29,102 nt of DNA from assembly GCA_046757525.1 (NCBI GenBank), contig JBHHYI010000035.1, forward strand, positions 1 through 29,102. The letters run 5' to 3'. The notes under the pieces are model-generated. The model was not told the DNA's origin, searched no databases, and saw nothing but the letters and a program-made list of their open reading frames with translations. Origin of the DNA: a bacterium (GTDB taxonomy: Bacteria; Zhuqueibacterota; Zhuqueibacteria; Oceanimicrobiales; Oceanimicrobiaceae). Made by a program: the position numbers and the translations under genes. Positions 24,599 to 29,102 of the stretch are shown piece by piece (positions within the stretch are counted from its first letter, which is position 1; every line of letters starts with the position of its first letter).

Positions 24599-25262
24599 AG
24601 TAAAAACAGACGTAGTCCCCATCTTTCCCCTGCCAAGCGTCGTCTTTTTTCCCAAGACCTTCTTGCCCCTGCACATCTTCGAATCGCGCTACCGACAAAT
24701 GGTGGAAGACGCGGTTAACGGCTCAAATCGAATCGCTATGGCGTTGTTAAAGGATGGCTGGGAAAACGATTATTTCGGCAACCCAGAAGTTCACAGCGTC
24801 GGCTGCGTGGGGGAAATCCAACTCTCGGAAAAACTGGCCGATGGAAAATACAACATTATGTTATATGGACTCAGCCGCGTCAAAATCGTACGATTTGTTC
24901 AGGACAACCCCTACCGCATTGCCGAGGTAAAATATCTCGAGGACTTCAAGTTTGATCACAGCGTCTTTGACGAAAGTCTGGAGTCTGTTCGCTTTGTCGA
25001 TTTGGTTCGGACCTACCTCAACGAGGTCGGTATTAAGGATTTGGACGATTTGCTCAAACTGAATTCGCAATCCCTGGAGGCGATCGTCAACCAGTGTGCC
25101 GCATTTCTGGACCTGGACACCCTGGAAAAACAAGACCTCCTGAGCTTAGACTCCGTAGAAACTCGTTACGACAGACTTAGACAGATCATTGAAGATAAAT
25201 TGAAAGTACTGAAAATAGCCAAGAACGTAAAATACGTACCCGAAGACCCTCGTTGGAATTGA
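24585..25262 (+). CDS. LON peptidase N-terminal substrate-binding domain protein (no protease domain)
   Basis: PIFPLPSVVFFP...LPLHIFESRYRQMV, GCVGEI, EKQDLL. ATG at 24585 after AAGGAAG. Confidence 0.88.
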   Translation: MNLPKVKTDVVPIFPLPSVVFFPKTFLPLHIFESRYRQMVEDAVNGSNRIAMALLKDGWENDYFGNPEVHSVGCVGEIQLSEKLADGKYNIMLYGLSRVKIVRFVQDNPYRIAEVKYLEDFKFDHSVFDESLESVRFVDLVRTYLNEVGIKDLDDLLKLNSQSLEAIVNQCAAFLDLDTLEKQDLLSLDSVETRYDRLRQIIEDKLKVLKIAKNVKYVPEDPRWN

Positions 25263-25265
25263 GCC

Positions 25266-25721
25266 ATGAATGTTGAATTTGTATGCAGCAACTGCAAGAA
25301 GGACATCACAGTGCCTTATGCAAAACCCGAAGAGACGATTCACTGTCCCCACTGCGACCATGAAGTGCCTCTCCAATGGTCAAAGAGCATGCAGCAAGGC
25401 CACAAGGTCGACCGTTGTGCTGTTTGCGGCAAGATTCGATTTTACGTGCAAAAGGATTTCAATCCACGCCTGGGCATCTTGATCTTCGCCATCGGAGTCA
25501 TCTTCAGTTATCACACTTACGGCTTAACCCTGGCGATCGCCACGCTCATCGATTTTATTCTCTACAAAGTGCTCAAGACCGTGACGATCTGCTACAATTG
25601 CCGAGCTATTTATCGGGGTTTTGAAGAAGACCCCACCCACCGCGGTTTCGATCACAATTTGGCCATGACTTTGCTTGAAAAAAAGGAACCTGAAACAAAA
25701 GAAGCGCCCAGAATAGCGTAG
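25266..25721 (+). CDS. Zinc-ribbon membrane protein (hypothetical)
   Basis: Four CxxC motifs (CSNC, CPHC, CAVC, CYNC) flanking a two-helix hydrophobic hairpin. Confidence 0.75.
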   Translation: MNVEFVCSNCKKDITVPYAKPEETIHCPHCDHEVPLQWSKSMQQGHKVDRCAVCGKIRFYVQKDFNPRLGILIFAIGVIFSYHTYGLTLAIATLIDFILYKVLKTVTICYNCRAIYRGFEEDPTHRGFDHNLAMTLLEKKEPETKEAPRIA

Positions 25722-25789
25722 GTAAATTCTAACGTCACAAATAACAAAGACAAACGACAAGTTAAGAAAATCATTTTTGAATATATTTA

Positions 25790-26035
25790 ATGAAGATCAA
25801 ACTCAAGTACTTCGCGCAACTACGCGATTTGCTGCATTCGGAGGAGAATGAATTGGAGCTAAGCTCCTCGATTACAGTTTTGGAACTCATGCCCGTTTTG
25901 GCAGACAGGTTTCCTCAAATCCGCGAACATTTGAAGGTGATCAGCATAGCGGTGAACAACGAGTACGCGACCAAAGACACGCTGCTGCAAGAGGGCGATG
26001 AAGTTGCACTCATTCCCCCCATTAGCGGAGGCTGA
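25790..26035 (+). CDS. moaD: Molybdopterin synthase sulfur carrier subunit (MoaD/ThiS family)
   Basis: YFAQLRD, AVNNEY, LQEGDEVALIPPISGG C-terminus. Confidence 0.95.
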   Translation: MKIKLKYFAQLRDLLHSEENELELSSSITVLELMPVLADRFPQIREHLKVISIAVNNEYATKDTLLQEGDEVALIPPISGG

Positions 26036-26036
26036 C

Positions 26037-26495
26037 ATGGTAGAACTAACGGAGGGAAAAATCAGCATCGAGCAGGTTTTGGCACAAGTCGAAGACCACA
26101 GCGCCGGTGCAGTGGTCCTGTTTCTGGGCCGGGTGCGCGACCATGCAGAAGGGCGCCAGGTCAATGCAATGGATTACGAAGCCTACCCGCAAATGGCTCT
26201 CAGGAAAATGCAGGAAATCGAAACTGCCGTGAAAAAACGTTGGCCGGTCGAAAAAATGGTACTGCTACACCGCACTGGACATTTGAAATTGGGCGAGGTA
26301 AGCGTGGCCATTGCGGTAGCCAGCCCGCACCGAAAAGACGCGTTCGAAGCCGGCCGTTTTGCCATTGACACGCTCAAGGAAACCGTTCCGATCTGGAAAA
26401 AAGAATACACGGTTGACAGTGCCCAATGGGCAACTGGCAAGCCCCCCAAGCCGTTGGAATCACTCAAACCAAAGGAGAAAAGAGAAGCCCCATGA
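26037..26495 (+). CDS. moaE: Molybdopterin synthase catalytic subunit
   Basis: GAVVLFLGRVRD, YEAY, HRTG.L, SPHRKDAF, LKETVPIWKKE. ATG at 26037 after GGAGG. Confidence 0.95.
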   Translation: MVELTEGKISIEQVLAQVEDHSAGAVVLFLGRVRDHAEGRQVNAMDYEAYPQMALRKMQEIETAVKKRWPVEKMVLLHRTGHLKLGEVSVAIAVASPHRKDAFEAGRFAIDTLKETVPIWKKEYTVDSAQWATGKPPKPLESLKPKEKREAP

Positions 26496-26797
26496 TGGTA
26501 CAATTCAGTATCATGCCGATTAGCGATAGCCCCCATTTGAGCGAGGCCATTGCCAGGGCCGTAAAGATAATCGATGAAAGCGACCTGGACTACCGATTGA
26601 CCCCCATGGGTACCCTCATAAGAGGCGAGTGGAAAGAGGTGATGGCCGTGATCAAGAAGTGTCATGAAGCCGTAAAGGAGGATTACGACCGAGTCGTATC
26701 CCAGATCAAAATCGACGACAAGAAAAACGGCGAGGTGTCTTTCGAGGACAAAGTAAAATCCATCGAAGACAAAGTCAAAGTCAAGCTCAAGAAATGA
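26492..26797 (+). CDS. MTH1187/YqgV family thiamine-binding protein
   Basis: FSIMP, YRLTPMGTLIRGEW..VM..IKKCH, IKIDD. ATGA overlap with moaE. Confidence 0.9.
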   Translation: MMVQFSIMPISDSPHLSEAIARAVKIIDESDLDYRLTPMGTLIRGEWKEVMAVIKKCHEAVKEDYDRVVSQIKIDDKKNGEVSFEDKVKSIEDKVKVKLKK

Positions 26798-26801
26798 ACC
26801 G

Positions 26802-27134
26802 ATGACCAGATTCCGACAGCACTACTTTGTCTGTGTCAATGCGCGGCCGCCCTTTGCAAAGCCCTCCTGTGGTCCAAGCAATGCCAACCAACTACTCCTG
26901 TTGCTGCAAGAAGCCGTCGAGGCAAAGGGTCTCGCCGATGAAATAAAAGTGACCGGCTGTTCCTGCTTGGGACCTTGCGAAAGCGGTCCGGTCATGGTCG
27001 TTTACCCGAAAGGGATTTGGTATGCGAAAGTAACTGCCGAGGATTTAGACGAGATCATTGAAAGCCACATGGTTGCAGGAAAACCAGTAGAGAGACTCAT
27101 CTACAAATGGCCTGAAAATGGTTCAGAATGGTAA
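26802..27134 (+). CDS. Thioredoxin-like [2Fe-2S] ferredoxin
   Basis: HYFVCVN...SC, CLGPCESGPVMVVYP.GIWY, H...GKPVERL. Confidence 0.92.
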   Translation: MTRFRQHYFVCVNARPPFAKPSCGPSNANQLLLLLQEAVEAKGLADEIKVTGCSCLGPCESGPVMVVYPKGIWYAKVTAEDLDEIIESHMVAGKPVERLIYKWPENGSEW

Positions 27135-27143
27135 GGAGGATTC

Positions 27144-27665
27144 ATGTCAACGAAAAATGGGAAATCTGTGCTGATGGTGATAGCTCACAACAACTTTAGA
27201 GATGAAGAATACAACGAGGCGCGCCAAAAACTGGAGAGCAGCGGTGCCAAAATTACGGTGGCGTCCACAGTAATCCGGGGTGCGTCCGGATTCCAGGGCA
27301 TGCGACTCGATCCAGACGTGCTGATCGACGATGTGGCCACGGACGACTTCGACGCCGTCATTTTTGTCGGCGGAACCGGTGCCAGCCAATATTGGCATGA
27401 CGTCAGTGCGCACACCATCGCCAAATCTGCTCACGACCGGGGTAAGTTAGTGGCCGCCAGCTCCCATGCGGTGGTAACACTGGCCGTTGCCGGCCTCTTG
27501 AAAGGCAAAAAGGTCACTGGACACGTTTCGATTTTTGAGAAACTCGCCGTTCACGGCGCCAAATTCAATAGCAGCAAAGTCGAAAAGGACGGCAACATCA
27601 TTACCGCCTCGGGGGCAAACGCTGCGAAGGAGTTTGCCGAGGCGATTGCAAACGCGCTCAATTGA
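27144..27665 (+). CDS. DJ-1/PfpI family protein lacking the nucleophile-elbow Cys
   Basis: FRDEEY, FDAVIFVGG.G, DGNIITA. VAASSH where the family has VAAICH. SD AAGGAGG. Confidence 0.9.
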   Translation: MSTKNGKSVLMVIAHNNFRDEEYNEARQKLESSGAKITVASTVIRGASGFQGMRLDPDVLIDDVATDDFDAVIFVGGTGASQYWHDVSAHTIAKSAHDRGKLVAASSHAVVTLAVAGLLKGKKVTGHVSIFEKLAVHGAKFNSSKVEKDGNIITASGANAAKEFAEAIANALN

Positions 27666-27671
27666 GCTTTG

Positions 27672-28610
27672 ATGACTGTGCAGGAAACAGGCTATAATTC
27701 TTACGGACGCTTCTTAAAAGAGAAATTTGGCACAAGGGTGCACAAGGTGCCCGTTAACGCTGGCTTCACCTGTCCCAATCGGGATGGCACGGTCGCCTAT
27801 GGTGGCTGTACTTACTGCAGCATCGACAGCTTTACCCCGAAGGCTGCCAGCGCAAGAATCCCCATTAAACAGCAGGTTCAAACAGGCATTGAATTCTTGA
27901 AAAAACGAAACGGCGCCCAGGCCTTCATTGTCTATTTTCAACCCTACTCTAATACCTATGCCTCGCTCGAGCACTTGCAGAGGCTGTACGAGCAAGCCTT
28001 AGATCATCCCGAAGTGGTGGGCATCTCTGTGGGCACCCGCCCGGATTGCATCGATGAGGCCAAGCTGAACTACTTTGAACAGCTCAGCCAGAACTATTTT
28101 GTAACCATCGAATACGGCATTGAATCCGTTTATGATGAGACCCTGGCGCTAATCAACCGGGGCCACGATTATGCTTGCACGGCACGTGCGATAGAGGCAA
28201 CCGCACGGCGAGGGCTGAACGTTTGTGGCCACGTAATCCTGGGCTTTCCCAACGAAACCGAGCAGCAAATGCTCGACATGGCTAGCGCAGTCTCCAACTT
28301 GCCTCTGAGTTTTCTCAAAATACACAACTTGTACGTAGCGCGGTACACCAAGATGGCCAGAGAATACCTGGAAAATCCTTTCCCCATCTTGACCTTTGCA
28401 GAATGGGTGAATCTGGTCTGTTGTTTTCTGGAAAGACTGTCCCCCAATATCATCATTGAGCGTCTGTATGGAAATGCCCCCCGGGACTTGCTCATTGCGC
28501 CGCAGTGGTGCCGAGAAGGTTCCAGAGTTATTAATGCGATTCAGCAAGAGTTAAAAAGAAGAAAGGCCTACCAGGGTCGCTTATTTGAAGAAACCAAAAG
28601 GGTCTTTTGA
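27672..28610 (+). CDS. TIGR01212 family radical SAM protein (YhcC/YtqA-like)
   Basis: AGFTCPNRDG...GGCTYC, YFQPYSNTY, GTRPDC, INRGH, HVILGFP, KIHNL. ATG at 27672 (alternative TTG at 27669). Confidence 0.93.
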   Translation: MTVQETGYNSYGRFLKEKFGTRVHKVPVNAGFTCPNRDGTVAYGGCTYCSIDSFTPKAASARIPIKQQVQTGIEFLKKRNGAQAFIVYFQPYSNTYASLEHLQRLYEQALDHPEVVGISVGTRPDCIDEAKLNYFEQLSQNYFVTIEYGIESVYDETLALINRGHDYACTARAIEATARRGLNVCGHVILGFPNETEQQMLDMASAVSNLPLSFLKIHNLYVARYTKMAREYLENPFPILTFAEWVNLVCCFLERLSPNIIIERLYGNAPRDLLIAPQWCREGSRVINAIQQELKRRKAYQGRLFEETKRVF

Positions 28611-28611
28611 A

Positions 28612-28725
28612 GTGGAAGAGGAGAAGAAAAAGACAGCCAAGAAACACATGCTTTTATTGACCATCGGGGTTATCGGAATTCTAATCTTGCTTTCATTGCT
28701 CTCATTGATTTCGAACGGCAAGTGA
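28612..28725 (+). CDS. 37-aa single-pass membrane microprotein (hypothetical)
   Basis: GTG 1 nt after the radical SAM stop. MEEEKKKTAKKHMLLLTIGVIGILILLSLLSLISNGK has a Lys-rich N-terminus and one ~21-aa TM helix. Below the ORF track cutoff. Confidence 0.55.
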   Translation: MEEEKKKTAKKHMLLLTIGVIGILILLSLLSLISNGK

Positions 28726-28930
28726 GTTGAAGGTTGCAACCGAATGCGAAAACGCCGGGCCAAGCCTCCGACGGCAAGCCACGGGTCGCACGGCCAGACA
28801 TCCCTCTGATTTGCGCCCAGGACGAGCGAAAATCTGTCTCCCTTCATAGGGAGAATGGCCTATTGCAAAAAGACGCGGTGCTAATTTTTGTGCGCCGACT
28901 CAAGGAGCGTTTCATGGAAGCAAGGTGCGA

Positions 28931-29037
28931 GTCATCCCGAGTAGGTCACTATTTCTCAAGTGACCGTATCGAGGGGTGACGGCCATCGCCCTTCGATACG
29001 TCCCGACCAAAAAACGGTCGGGACTACTCAGGACGAC
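28931..29037. repeat. Four-way-junction palindromic REP-like element
   Basis: Outer arms GTCATCCCGAGTAG / CTACTCAGGACGAC; hairpins GGTCACT..AGTGACC, CGTATCGAGGGG..CCCTTCGATACG and GTCCCGACC..GGTCGGGAC. Confidence 0.8.
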
Positions 29038-29063
29038 TGCCAGGGTTGTCTCTGACGACAACC

Positions 29064-29102
29064 GTCATTCCGAATCCGGCGGCTGCCGGATGAGGAATCT
29101 GA
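29064..29102. repeat. Left half of another palindromic REP-like element (cut by the window end)
   Basis: GTCATTCCGAA-TCCGGC-GGCT-GCCGGA-TGAGGAATCT; same architecture as 1412-1454. Confidence 0.65.

Noticed and set aside
28755..28815. Resemblance to a c-di-GMP-I riboswitch (GACGGCAAGCCACGGGTC)
   Set aside because: The GNRA-capped first stem and the closing pairing are missing, and no gene follows directly. An Infernal scan with the Rfam c-di-GMP-I model would settle it.
28734..28979. 81-aa ORF near the window end
   Set aside because: TTG start, no motifs, and it runs into the palindromic repeat.

Overview
Bacterial (Gram-negative) chromosomal window. The gene content suggests an FCB-superphylum organism such as a KSB1-like lineage; this is an inference from the FG-GAP protein, the WD40-Omp85, the AgmX-type protein and Gln at +1 after signal peptides. 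Left to right: (1) a partial secreted FG-GAP repeat protein that the ORF track misses; (2) a LacI regulator with its own palindromic operators, an MggS-like GT4 glycosyltransferase and a DUF6259-like putative glycosidase; (3) an operon of zinc-peptidase/PD40/Omp85 barrel protein + BamB-like lipoprotein + PEGA protein; (4) divergently, a GAF-GGDEF diguanylate cyclase coupled to an S41 tail-specific protease, then an AT-rich cassette; (5) an AgmX/TonB-C protein, an RmlD-like SDR and rpiA; (6) a Fe-S/sulfur/tRNA-modification run (mrp, MBL hydrolase, thioesterase, Rieske protein, queG, LON-N, Zn-ribbon protein, moaD, moaE, MTH1187, 2Fe-2S ferredoxin, Cys-less DJ-1, TIGR01212 radical SAM, 37-aa membrane microprotein); (7) palindromic REP-like elements. 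The AT-rich cassette is the best candidate for an undescribed system. Two near-perfect sigma-70 promoters drive a secreted 120-aa precursor carrying two copies of GDILRRPSPP(KP)nPT, followed by an orphan ~10-TM protein and an NtrC-family regulator that has lost its receiver domain, GAFTGA loop and catalytic residues. It reads like a prohormone-style peptide/receptor/regulator signalling module. No rRNA, tRNA, CRISPR array or transposase was seen.
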